From Oikopleura dioica (taxonomy: Eukaryota > Animalia > Chordata): a stretch of 64,000 bases of DNA. Shown here in pieces: positions 12,471-24,282 of the stretch. The notes under the pieces were generated by a model. That model saw nothing but the letters and a program-made list of their open reading frames with translations. It was not told the origin of the DNA and searched no databases. The DNA is taken from NCBI GenBank assembly GCA_907165135.1, contig OU015569.1, forward strand, positions 11,222,001-11,286,000. The letters run 5' to 3'. The translations under genes and the position numbers were made by a program. Numbering within the stretch: position 1 is the first letter of the stretch; each line of letters starts with the position of its first letter.

Positions 12471-12835
12471 CTGGGCGCGGCAACCTGTGTAAAAAAAACC
12501 TGAGTCAGGGTCTGAAAGCGGCTTTTCAATAGAGATCTTAAGGTCCTGAGTCAGATTTTACTGGGCTCGGCAACCTGTGTAGAAAACCTGAGTCAGGGTC
12601 TAAAATATCTCTAATAAAAAGCCGCGTAGCGGCTTTTTTAAAAACGAAGCCGCAAAGCGGCTTCGCCAAAAATAATAAATAGATTAAAAAGGTAAAATAT
12701 GCGAAGCCGCTTCGCGGCTTCGTTTTTAAAAAAGCCGCTACGCGGCTTTTCATTAAAGATATTTCAGACCCTGACTCAGGTTTTCTACACAGGTTGTCTA
12801 GCCGAGAGGTTTTATACACAGGTTGCCGAGTCCAG
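12471..12835. mobile_element. Foldback MITE family A (full copy 12561-12835 plus a partial copy from 12471)
   Basis: Ends CTGGGCTCGGCAACCTGTGT and ACACAGGTTGCCGAGTCCAG. The arms are near-perfect inverted repeats containing CTGAGTCAGGG and the hairpins AAAAGCCGC-GTA-GCGGCTTTT and GAAGCCGC-AAA-GCGGCTTC. Confidence 0.85.
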
Positions 12836-12917
12836 GCGATCATGAAAAATTCCAACAAGTTTTTTTTTTAATAAAACGGCTAGAAATGGAAGTAGGGTCG
12901 CCGTAAATCGAAGTCAA

Positions 12918-13552
12918 AGATGAAAGAAAGGTTGAATCCGCAGGTGTGGCGGAAGTTCGCTTTTCGAACGTGGCGCGCTTTTCTGGCGGCGCCGCATCCA
13001 ATAAACGTGTCAGTTTTTGAGAGAAATCAGCTGACATTAACAACCAAAAATGTGTTCGCTCATTAAATTTATAGACGGCTAAAGGTTAAAGTCAAGGGCG
13101 AATTGAAGGGAAAGGAAATAAATATCGGTGCAGATTTCTTCTTCTTTCCCAGTCGTCTTTTGGCATTTTGAATATTCGAATATTGGAAAAAGTCGAAAAT
13201 TTCGTTCGCTCATCTCTAGAACACGGGTTGAGCACATGTTGTTCTGGGCATTTTTTCATTTATCACTTTCACATCCTGGGTGATTGAAAGTCCGAATTTT
13301 GAGGATAAAAAGGTGAGTTTTGATGATTTTCGGCGGCGAATTAATTTTTTTTTAGCTTTCAACTCGATGGGATGGCCTTCCACTCCGTCAATTTTAGTCA
13401 AAAAAGACGGAGAACGAACGGAATCAAAATGGTCTCAATCCATCGAGTTCAAATACATCTTGAAAAAAGACGATTTGGACGAGAAGATTGGCGACATTGC
13501 CGATCTGATTAACTTCCTGACAAGTTGCAAATTTTACATAACTCCTGAATAA
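12918..13552 (+). CDS. Possible small hypothetical multi-exon gene
   Basis: ORF 13280-13552 and an upstream MKERLNPQ... segment have plausible splice sites; no recognisable domain. Confidence 0.25.
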
Positions 13553-13856
13553 AATCAATTTTCCTACTTTAAAATCTCAAATAACCGATTTTGAAAGAGT
13601 GAAAAAAAAAACTCTTTCAAAATCGTTTTGTTTCTCTTTTCTCTCTTTTGCATCTCGCAAGTGCAGGTTTAATGAATCATGATTCATAAATGATCTTTTT
13701 ATCAAAAGGGAATTATAAAGGCCGTGTTGATTTATGCGCTCATATTCTCGGAGTGATTACTCAAGTACGCTGCGGACCGCAAATCTACGATCTGTATTTG
13801 AAAGACGTCGCTTCTTCTCAAACAAATCGTCAATTATCGAATTCGTGCCCCGAAAT

Positions 13857-13971
13857 TTGGGCTCGGCAACCTGCGTCCAAAATCTGACTCAGGACCTTCA
13901 GAGCTAAAATGAAAATTTAAGCCGCGACTCAGGCCCTGACTCAGATTTTTGACGCAGGTTCCCGAGCCAAG
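13857..13971. mobile_element. Short family A foldback derivative
   Basis: TTGGGCTCGGCAACCTGCGTC ... GACGCAGGTTCCCGAGCCAAG with TGACTCAG motifs. Confidence 0.75.
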
Positions 13972-14684
13972 TTCAATAATATTGAGTTCAAAATCTGAAA
14001 GGAAATGGCGACTGCCAAAAGCTGCTGATTTCGATACTATTTATAAAATTAAACTAAGTCAAAATAATAAAGTCTAACTAAGTTCAAAACAGTCTTTTTG
14101 ACAAGTTGAGCGTATAAAAGAAACGTTATTCGTAATATAAACGTCTCTTTTGGTAAGAAAAATTGAATAAAATAGGTCTCAGAAGCAAAATTTGATCATA
14201 AACTTTGTTTTTCTTTGTAATTCTAGAAAGAAAAATAAATAGCTTTCGAAGTGGCGCTGATTCTTTTTGTTTTCAGAAGAGGCTAATGAATGTAAAAATG
14301 AATGTGGCAATGTCATTCTGGTGCTGTCGTCACTTACGCGGAGATGATTTACGGTTATTGTAGGTTGAGAAGTCGCAAAGGCAGTAAACTGCTTAACCGT
14401 TTGATGTGTTTAGATTTTCAAAACGAGCTCGTCGGGTGATCTTTACCACTTGGGATTTACGCGAACTCGTAAAATTAGCGAATTTGCCATTTCCACCGAT
14501 GTTGAATACATCTTACTAACAAGCGCCCATCATCACTCGTCAAAATAAAGGGAATCGCGATCCATTGCCGAAACAACTAACAATTATCGACATTCAATGA
14601 TAATTAGCAAATATTTTTTTAACTAAAATAGTCAATCTTCCATCCTTCATTATTTTTTTCTGACTTGTCTTTTACAATTGCTTT

Positions 14685-15001
14685 TCAAGGTTAGGGTTAG
14701 GGTTAGGGTTACAACAGTAAAATCAAACATCTGAATTAACGATTTGACACCCTTATTTGAGTCTCAAACGTTCAAAGATTTCAAATAGCGCGAATTCAGA
14801 CCATTTTTCTTTTGACAATTTTTAATTCTAAAGAATTTTAATTGATGATTCATCGATTTTTTAAAAAAAAAATGGTCTTAATTCGCGTTATTTGAAATCT
14901 TTAAACCTTTAAGACTCAAATAAGGGTGTCGAATCGTTAATTCAGATGTTAGATTTTTCTGCTAGTTACAGCCTTGACCCCCCCCCTAACCCTAACCTTG
15001 A
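14685..15001. mobile_element. Foldback element with telomeric repeats at both ends
   Basis: The left end has tandem GGTTAG repeats and the right end CCCTAACCCTAACC. Arms of ~125 bp are inverted (AACATCTGAATTAACGATTTGACACCCTTATTTGAGTCT versus AGACTCAAATAAGGGTGTCGAATCGTTAATTCAGATGTT). Confidence 0.85.
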
Positions 15002-15554
15002 TAATTCTTCGTATAACCGATAAATGGACAAATAATGAAAAGTGAGTCTTCCACTCCATAAATATAAAAACCCAGGAGGCGTCGATTAAATAACTATTTT
15101 ATTACGAAAAGCGAGTCTGAATTTGTGGCCCAGCTTGGCGCAAATTTAAAGACCGGATATTTTAGCATCGCGCAACATAAAACATCATGTTAAATGAGTG
15201 TTAACTTCCACCAACAAATAAAACTAATTCCGCTGATTGTTGTTCCGTTTCTTTTTATTTATTTGAATTATCATTAATACTAATTTTTCACGAGGCAATT
15301 AAACCTTTCGATTTCCTCCCGGTAACAATTGAAATTAAAAAACGGCGAGATTTATGGCTGCTGCTTTGAATTTTAATCAACTCGTAGATTTAATTTCTTT
15401 CGAAGCAAATCAACCAACGCCAGGATTCACGACATCAAGCCCAAAAGAAAAGATACTGCCAAGTACGCAGCCTCGTTGATTTACGAGATTGCCCTTCTCA
15501 TTCATTTCCAAGCCAAAAACGCGTTCTTTCTATATATTCTGAACAGCTCTTCTT

Positions 15555-15910
15555 TAAAATAAGGGTGTCAACAAGATAAGAACAATAATGCTTATTGAAG
15601 ATGTGGCAAACTCGAAAACTAAGGGTATCCTCCGTAACAGTCCCTGGCTAATGTTTTAGCTTTCATTTGAAAGCAGAAAATAAGGGTGTTGTAGAGCTCG
15701 TAAAGGGCAAAAAGTTCAAAAATTAAGGGTATCCACATAAAATAACGAGCTGACTTAACGTAACAGCCCTTGGCTAAGGTTTTAGCTTTTGCTTGAAAAC
15801 AGAAAATAAGGGTGTCACAGAGATAATATTGTGCAAAAAATAATAAAATATTCGATATTCTAGCATACCTTTTGAACATTTTATAGTAGTGTGACGCCCT
15901 TATTTTTTAT
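15555..15910. repeat. Tandem and inverted AAAATAAGGGTGTC-motif repeats
   Basis: Two ~125 bp similar units (GTAACAG..CC..GGCTAA.GTTTTAGCT...AGAAAATAAGGGTGT) and an inverted GTGACGCCCTTATTTT near 15890. Confidence 0.65.
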
Positions 15911-17017
15911 TTTCATTTGAAAACTAAAATCTTAGCATAGGTCTTCTGCGTATAGTCAATTTGTTATTCTAGGGATGCCCTTAATTTTTGAGCACTAAGT
16001 AGTGTCGAAGAATTATTGCGAATTTCGCTCTTCTCGTTGATTGCAGAAAAAAAAATTTATGTGAAAAAAGTTATGACATGAAAACTCATAAAAATGAAGA
16101 GTTCTCGTTGTTGATTGCAGCTGAGTAGGAATACTCCCGTCGCGTCGCATTCACACGACCTTTATGTTGAAATTTGGGCCTATAAAATTTGCGGCGCGCA
16201 ATTTCATATTGCCAATTATATTCGGAGGTTTTCTGGTCAGAATGTAAATTTTACAATTCTTCCACATAAAAGGCGCTGTCCTTTTGACGAGGCCGAGCTC
16301 AAGGCATAAATTATATTTGATCTTGAATCAACTTAACAATTTATTTTTTGCTCATAAAATCTATTTTCTACTGATTTTGATGAAGAAGATTCCGTTTCTA
16401 AGAATTTTTTTTGTCCAAGATTGTCGATGAAACTTCCAAAATTCGGCCCAAGATTGTCGATTTCGCTTGGCCATGTTTATTTCTTCGACAATTCTGTTTC
16501 TTAGATGTCTTGTTTCGGTGATTTATTTTGCTGATTTTAATTGTTGAGTTCTTGAAAAAGCTCGAGCAAAAAATTATGTTCTGCGATGAATTTTAACGAG
16601 CAGTAAATTATGTTGAGCTGCGAGTAGTCAATTTTACGTGTGGAGCATTCGAACTAATGCCCGAAAATGAAAGTGATTTCCAACCAAGGAGCGGGCCCAA
16701 TCCGAAAAAGTCAAAAGGATTTCCGAACCATCGGAAAACCGCCTCCAAGGTTCCCACAGTTTATAGAGTAGTTATAATTCGAAAGGCGAATTTGACAGCT
16801 TTACTGCGTTAATTACCAGGCCACAGTTAAAAAAACAATATTAATTTTTATCGAAGCTCGTAAAGGTGGATGCCCTGATTTATATTAAATTAGCAGGGAG
16901 ATCGTTTTTGAACTGAAAATTTTATGAAAGAAAAAGATCCAGAATCGACGGAATCAGCATTCTAGGTTCAAGATCCAGGCCAAAAAATGTTGATATTCGC
17001 CTCTGAAATGCGTGCAA

Positions 17018-17263
17018 CTGAGCTCGGCAACCTGAGTAGAAAGCCTGAGTCAGGGTTTTAAACGAGTAAAATGAAAAGCCGCGTAGCGGCTTTTTTTAAA
17101 ACGAAGCCGCAAAGCGGCTTCGCTAGTTAAAATTATTCATTTAGTTGGTAACTTTGGCGAAGCCGCTTTGCGGCTTCGTTTTAAAAAAAAGCCGCTACGC
17201 GGCTTTACATTTTACTCTTTTAGAACCCTGACTCAGGCTTTCTACTCAGGTTGCCGAGCCCAG
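17018..17263. mobile_element. Foldback MITE family A, full copy
   Basis: CTGAGCTCGGCAACCTGAGTAGAAAGCCTGAGTCAGGG ... CCCTGACTCAGGCTTTCTACTCAGGTTGCCGAGCCCAG with the same internal hairpins. Confidence 0.85.
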
Positions 17264-17774
17264 GAGTGCAATGAGCTCTAGAATTCCGTAAAAATTGGAA
17301 TTCTAGTGTAAAAAGCTTGTTTTCTTCGTTGTTTCTTGTTTTACGTTTTGATTGAGCAAATTGCGGAAGAAGGAAATCCAAATGATGAAAGATGAAAGCG
17401 TCGAAATGTGTGTAAATCAATAGACTACAACGATTTTGTCAAATTGTGCGATTTGGAATGTGTCTCAACCCTTTTTTGACATTTTAACTGGGGAACATGT
17501 TTAGGCGCAAGCGGTAGATCAAAAAGGGATTTATTGTGCGCGCGGAAATAAAAACGTCAATTGCTCGCTTGATTTCGGGCTTTGACCGCTGCAGTGGCTT
17601 ATCCCGAGTGTTCAACCCTTCCCATACTCGCCACCCTCCCCAGGGCAAGTCTAATCTGCCCAAAGGCGCATGTACCAAATTCAGGCTCATGGGAAACAGG
17701 AAATCAAAAACTCTCACCTGTTTTCAATAAAACTGCCACTGCCAATTGTCGATCGTCCTAGTTTTTTACTTGTA

Positions 17775-17970
17775 ACAGGCTCGACAGCCTGTGTATAAAA
17801 CCTGAGTCAGGGTTCTTAAAAATCTCTAATGAAAAGCCGCGGAGCGGCTTTGCTAGAGTTCAGGATAGACTGAGATGGCAACAACAGTAAAGCCTCTTCG
17901 CGGCTTCGATAAAAAAGCCGCTACGCGGCTTTTCGTTATTGTTCTTTCAAGATCCTGACTCAGGTTTTTC
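17775..17970. mobile_element. Degenerate family A foldback copy
   Basis: AAACCTGAGTCAGGG, AAAAGCCGCGGAGCGGCTTT, AAAAGCCGCTACGCGGCTTTT and CCTGACTCAGGTTT. Confidence 0.7.
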
Positions 17971-19348
17971 GTTTTTAAAAACTGGGATTGAAAATAAATT
18001 TGGAGTTGTTTTAGTGAAGAAGTTGCTGCTTCGGAAGAAAAATGCAAAGATCAACGCGCAAAAAAACAGAGCAATATTGACCTGGGCTCTTCTTTTGCGG
18101 CGGAAAGGTCAGGCCGAAGCAGCGAAGGCTCAATCATCGGGCACTTCTATCTCTCTCTGTGCAATATTTGCATCGTAAAATGACCCGTTAGAAGTGATTT
18201 TCTCCAAGCTTAGAATCCAAATTCATTCCGATCCAAAGATCACCTAAATTCTTGACTTTGGGAGTCGAAGATTGTCCATAGCATTTCGGAAGTTGGGCCC
18301 AAGATAGTTCATTTCCTTATTTTCGGCTTCTGATTGGCCGAAAGTGCATTAGAATACTTCTTCATGCGGAAATGAAGAATCTGGGGTCCAATTTCCGAAG
18401 TTAAATCGACAATCTTCGACCAAGATTGTCGATGAGTCATCGACAATCTTGGGTTAGGCCTCTGATAGTCGAGGAAAGTTTTTACGAAAGTAAAAAGGTG
18501 AGAATGATTGCTTTTGCTTTTCAGATTGGCCGTGTTTTATTTGCTTCGGAAGAGAGTAACAATTTTAGGGGCTAATTTTATATTTTAATGAGAGCTGGAT
18601 TTCACGGCGCGAGTGGCGAGCGAGAAAATAATGATTCGCTATAAATTTGGCGTCGATTATTGGACTTATTTTACCGCCTGGCGATTCTGTTTTACTGGTG
18701 ATAATGAATCTTTAGTTAAAAACCATTTCCCCTCTTTAAAAATGTTATGGCTAGGGGCTCGGGGCGATTAACGCGAGTAAATTCCTCCGTCCAACGCCCG
18801 AAAGGAGTTTACTGGTGATAACTTAAAACCCTTAACACCTTCACTACTCTGTGTGCCATACTGTACAATGGCTAGATAGTACAGGGGTCCAGCTACGAGT
18901 TCATGCTTCTCAAGGCCTGAGCCAAAGATTCGCTACTTCAGTTTGATTCAGTCGATCATTCCACAAAAGAAAAAAGATCCAGCGCTAGAATAGAGCCTCA
19001 GAAATCTTTGGTCTTCGCGGCAGAAGGTACTTTTGGTTCCAGCAGGATTTTCGCTACTTGAAGTTGAAAGACACAACATTTTTTGATACAACATTGAAAG
19101 ACGATAAAAAGTTTTATGGCCCCTTTGGTAAAGCGAATACTAATTACGTGCTTGCGCGGAAGAGGTAATGCCTATCAATTGCGAAATTGGCGAAAAATGT
19201 GTAAGGCAGAAACAGAATTTTGAAATTTGAAAGTTTTCAATTCTCAGCCCTTTTTATGGCATATGTTTTATTGCAGATTTATAGGGGGCATAAATTAGCG
19301 GGCGAGATGAAGACTGTCTCATACTACTGTATTCTTTTGTCTGTACTT

Positions 19349-19432
19349 TAGCCCTCACCCGAACCTAACTCGAACCAATCTTTACGTAAACCTTGACCCT
19401 ATTAGGGTCACCCTAACCTTAACCCTAACCCC
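19349..19432. repeat. Degenerate interstitial telomeric (CCCTAA-like) repeats
   Basis: ...CACCCTAACCTTAACCCTAACCCC preceded by variant hexamers. Confidence 0.6.
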
Positions 19433-19990
19433 AACACTATGATATGGCAATATGATGGAGCTAGAATTTTTGGTCAAAATAAATTGTTGGAATTTCAACT
19501 CAATTTACTCATAATTTCCCATATTTTGTCCGTTTCCTCGAACAATAAAAATATTTGCCGATTATTTCCTCATTTTGAACCCCTAGTCGAAAAGGGTTAG
19601 CTTAACCTATTGACGAGTAGTAGCCTCGGCTGACCAGAAAGAGCAGCCCAAAAGTCGAGAAGAGCTGAGCAGCGCCCCTCGACCCTTGGAGTTGCGCCGC
19701 TTGGCGGCCGAATACATATCCAATAGATTCGTTTTTCAATAAATCGCAATCGCGTTAGTTAAACGAGCTCGCAAATTATAGCCACAGATAACAAACAACA
19801 ATAAACGAGTGTCGAAAATCACGAGTCGTAGGATTTCGAAAAAAGAGTCGGAGAAAAAAACGCAGAAGAAGAAACCAGAGGATACTAAGTTATAGCCCAA
19901 TCGCTTCCGCGCGCAATTTCCGGCTAAGCTGCTTTATTGCTTTGCTGCAGCCTTAATTATCGTTGTCGCCAGTCTGATTCTACCATTTTC

Positions 19991-22701
19991 ATGATGTCCT
20001 ACCCTTACAGCTTCTCACAGGGTCTGCACCAGGTAAGAAATAAATTAGAATTTTTAAAATTAATTAATTCGAGTTTGGGAACTCGGAGGACTAAAAATTA
20101 ACATCTCAAATGGCGAAATAAAATAACATTGAACATCTAGCCATATATCCCGACTACAGGCGGCTACCAAGTGCACCCAATGTACAGTTCCTCTTCGCAA
20201 TCGACGCAGAATCAACTGCGACTTTCTGGCGCTATCGACTCCGCTCATGCACGATCTAGCGCAGGTCTCACAGGTAAGATAATGCAGGGTTTGGGCTACT
20301 AGAATAAAGGTTTGGATACGGCCTTTAGGGGCTAGAAATTTCGAAATATTTTTGATTTTCGGTCAATTTTGCCAAATTTTCTTCCTTGATATCACTTTCT
20401 CGACCATTTTTTTTTTGAAGAAAAAGGCATTAAAGTAAGGGGAAAAATTATCAGTAATTAGATGAGGGGGAAGTGGCTACGGCTGTAAACCAGCGAGTAG
20501 GTCGCGATTTATGGCCTAGGCTTAGGCGACAGACTTACTCAAACTTATACACACGGACGCTAATCAGCACGTAGATGGCCAAATCAAAGGAAATTCGCCG
20601 TCACCGACTTTAAAAGAAAAAAAAAACGCGAGAGACGAAATTCAAATTTCTTCGTGTGATTTTTTTTTCGTTTTCTGAAATAAAAGAGAAAGGAGAAAGG
20701 TAAATGAAAGTGGGAGCTGGCGGAAGCCGTGGGCTTGATTGAAATAAATAAAATTTTAATTCATGAACCATTAGATTTAAGCCGATGTTATGGCGAGTTT
20801 TACGCGCGGCCGTTACCGCGGTCGACGAGTTTTACTGGGCCGCTATGACTGACACTATCGACCACAACGCTACTGCTCTCATTCCCATGCCCCAGCGCTG
20901 GGTCAACAGTTTAACGCGTTTTTATATTTGATACAGTCATGCGGCTCGTACCGTTTTAGATAATGCCGCCAATTACTAGATGTGCCCATGATTGTCGACT
21001 AGAAATTGAAGGAGAGGAATCCGACTTTCCGGGCTGGAAACATCAATGATCGCATTGATGATTCAGAATTGACGCTTTTAATCTTTGATAATTCCAATTA
21101 GATTTTTAACTGGAAAATTTTCAGAAGATCTACCATCTTCCGTGAACGAGTTGCAGAGCGATACAGCGACCAATTCAACTGACGCCCCATCGACGCTTCT
21201 CTCCAGCTCGGCCGAGGCAGGAATCGACGCTCTTCCAACTCCGGGAGAAGTCCAGAGCCCAAGTGCGACCAGCGCCAGTTCCTCAGCCCCGAGACCGTCA
21301 GCTGGCAGCTCCTCTGGAGCCATGCCCGGTGCAACGAGCATGGACGAGTCAGAAACAAGCCCCAAGAACAGCGCAGAAAATGGGTCCTCGCAAAACAACG
21401 GCGAAAACAGCACTCCATCGGAAGATGAAAGCGACCCGGTCAAGACCGAAAGCGGCGAAACTTGTAAGTTGAAATCATGGAAGAGTACCTCGGAAAGGGG
21501 GGAAACTATAGCTCCTCAAGATCATTTTGACAGAACTAATCCAGTAACTGATCAATTTTCTTTCTGGAAGAGTGTTTCCACAAAGCTCTGATTCTAGTAA
21601 AGTCCTGTCAAGATCGTTGGTCTTCGCGATGTCTTCATTTTGGGCATATTTTTGAGTGATATTTTAAGCGGCCAAAAAGCCGTAAACACCTCTTTGTATT
21701 TTTATGACAGGGTGTTATATATCTTGAGACAAGCTCCTTTGCCCTCCCGCATTTTTAATCATTTAAAATTTTAATTTGATGATTTGGGAATATTTGGGCT
21801 AGGAATTGGCGATGACGTTATATGCTTAAATGGCTTATCTATCTCAGGTGCTCAGCGCTTGATCTTTTCTCGGCGGTTGCGAGTTGGGCTCCGATTTTAT
21901 GTTTCACTAAATATGAAATGGCGGCGCTCGTTAAATCAGCGCGGGTTCATTAAAGAGTTCTCCTTCCGGGAGTATAAGGGTCTTGCATGTGCGCGCTATT
22001 TGCGCGGGGAAGGTCGCCCGCCTTTTTATTTACGAGATACAGACATAATTATACACCATCACATTCTTTCTTGCCCCAGCTCAAGAACATCAATTTAGCA
22101 TCTGAATTCGACCCAACGCGAAACTGGCTCACTGCTCAAGGAAGAAAGAAACGAGTTCCTTACACGAAATTCCAGCTTTTGGAGCTTGAAAAGGTTGGTT
22201 GTTTTCTCTCATTAATTATCATCATTAATTGCTTTAGGAATTTCATTTCAACCAGTACCTGAGCAGAGAAAGAAGACTCGAAGTCGCGAAAAATGTTGGA
22301 TTAACTGATCGCCAAGTCAAAATCTGGTAAGAAACCGTATCCCAAAACTGTCGTTTGACATGATTATTCTAGGTTCCAGAACAGACGAATGAAATGGAAG
22401 AAGGAAAGAAAAGAGGAGCGAAATCGAACTAACGATATCAGCCAGGTTTGAGCTCTTAGAAAGGTGCTTGAAAATTTAATGATATTTTCTAGCTAATGCC
22501 TCCTGGAATTCCCGGCCTCCCCCATCTTAATCCTCAAGTTCAACTGGTAAGTGTTAAAACTACTTGCCCTTCCTTACCCTCGAATTCTAGCCATTCGACT
22601 TCAACCCTCACTACGCACACCACCCGGGACTGCACCAGCATCCGCACTCCCTCTTCGCCCTGCCGCCGTCCCACTACTTTCAGCAGCAACACCCTCAGTA
22701 A
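19991..22701 (+). CDS. Hox10: Posterior (Abd-B class) Hox protein, most similar to paralog group 10
   Basis: Eight exons (19991-20032, 20141-20273, 21125-21463, 22099-22193, 22238-22326, 22373-22445, 22493-22546, 22591-22701) join in frame. The homeodomain [64 protein letters not shown] has Hox10-type NWLTA, RERRLE and LTDRQVKIW features. The paralog group is assigned by eye. Confidence 0.88.
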
Positions 22702-23039
22702 ATTCGAGGTCGGCTTTCTCGAAGAAGCCTCAAGAAGCGACCCTCGGCCCTGTAAATTGTTCTCGACGCAAAGAAAACCACACGCCGAAGCTGTCAGATT
22801 CAAACAGTGCCCATTATTTTTCTCAATTTCTACTTTGAACTTGAAATTTAATTTTTCACAAACTTCCCCGAGAAAACGCAAAAGTGAGTTATCGTCAAAT
22901 TTCTTTTTTTGATCAGACTGCCGACCCTTTTTTCTTAGACGATATATATATTTTGATTCACCACTGTATTCTTACTGTAGTTTGACATTTTTTTATTTTC
23001 TCAATTTTGAATTATTTGTTGGTTGCTAGAATCGCTCAA

Positions 23040-23172
23040 AAATAAGGGGGTACACGTTGTTAATTGAATATCTTTTATCTCTTCTTTTGAGTAAATCAAG
23101 TGACACCCTTATTTTTTCCTAAAAGCAAGGTAAAGCATGAAGCTTTATTTTGATGAAAAATAAGGGTGTCAC
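23040..23172. repeat. Small inverted-repeat element of the TAAGGGTGTC family
   Basis: GTGACACCCTTATTTT at ~23100 and AAAATAAGGGTGTCAC at ~23157. Confidence 0.6.
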
Positions 23173-24282
23173 TCTGCTAGGTCAACAAGAAAAGTAATTC
23201 TGAGAGTTTTACAACGTCTTTTCCTCAAAATTACTTTGAGCGATTTGTGCAATTAATGTTTTATTTATTCCCATTTCGCGCACTTCAAAAAACATATTTC
23301 AAAAAAGAATGCTCTCTTCTCAATTTATGCCTCGACTCTTCAAAATAAGAACACGAGCAGACTTTGAAAAACTCTTCTGTAAATACTAACTGTACAAAGA
23401 AAGAAACTATATACTATTTTATTTTTTGCCAGGAAAAGAAGTGGCAGAAAAAGTTGCTCTACTCGTGACTGAGTAAAAGTTCATTGAAATAAATTATCCA
23501 AAAAGAAAAGAAAAATCAGTTTTCCTTGTTTGGCGAAAAATGCGTCACTTCTAAAATTTGCACATTTTCGGGCGGAATTTATCTCTAAATTAAGAAATTA
23601 ATGGGCGCCAATAATCTCGGCGATCTAGGAAAAGATCTGCCTTCCATAAAAATTTACGAGGGGAGCTAAAGGCCGCCCGGAAACGCTTCAAGCTATTCCG
23701 TCAATCACATCGTTTCGATATTAATTTATGCATTTTAGGTGATTTGATTGTATATTGCTGTTTACGTAAAAATTTCTTTATTTGGGGAACGATAGACCTT
23801 TGCCAAATTAATGAGCTGGTTTCAAAACGTCCAAAAATGAAAACTTTGCAACATTTTTCCACAAAAAAGACCACTGGGAGAACGATTTGTCGACATTTTA
23901 GGGGTAGAAAGATTGTTTTTTTGACGGTAAGAGACTTCGTAAACTTGGAAATATAATGTCACGGATCACGTGCCAAATGAAGGTCAGAGTGCAAAGGTTG
24001 CATGACACAATCGAAGGGCAGGATGAGCAGGACTACGCTTGGCTGTAATTTTGACACTTGGGCGCTGATTTATGGCGATTTCTGCATGCCAAATCAGCCA
24101 TAAAAAGCTTTTCAAGATGAAAATCATTTTTGCTACTGGACCTGCTTTTGCTAGAAAAAGATTTGATAAATAATGACTTGATTTCTTTTTATTTTTTTAC
24201 TCGCTTAGTGAGATTAATATAAGATCAAAAACATAGCAGTAGAAGATGAAAGCACAGAATGAAAAAATACGCGGTGAAGAGT

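Noticed and set aside
12600-12760. GC hairpins followed by T-runs resembling bacterial intrinsic terminators or REP elements
   Set aside because: The context is a spliced eukaryotic genome and the hairpins are internal parts of a foldback repeat.
21078-21472. Alternative-frame and antisense ORFs over Hox10 exon 3
   Set aside because: Shadows of a GC-rich Ser-rich exon; only one frame splices in phase to the homeobox.
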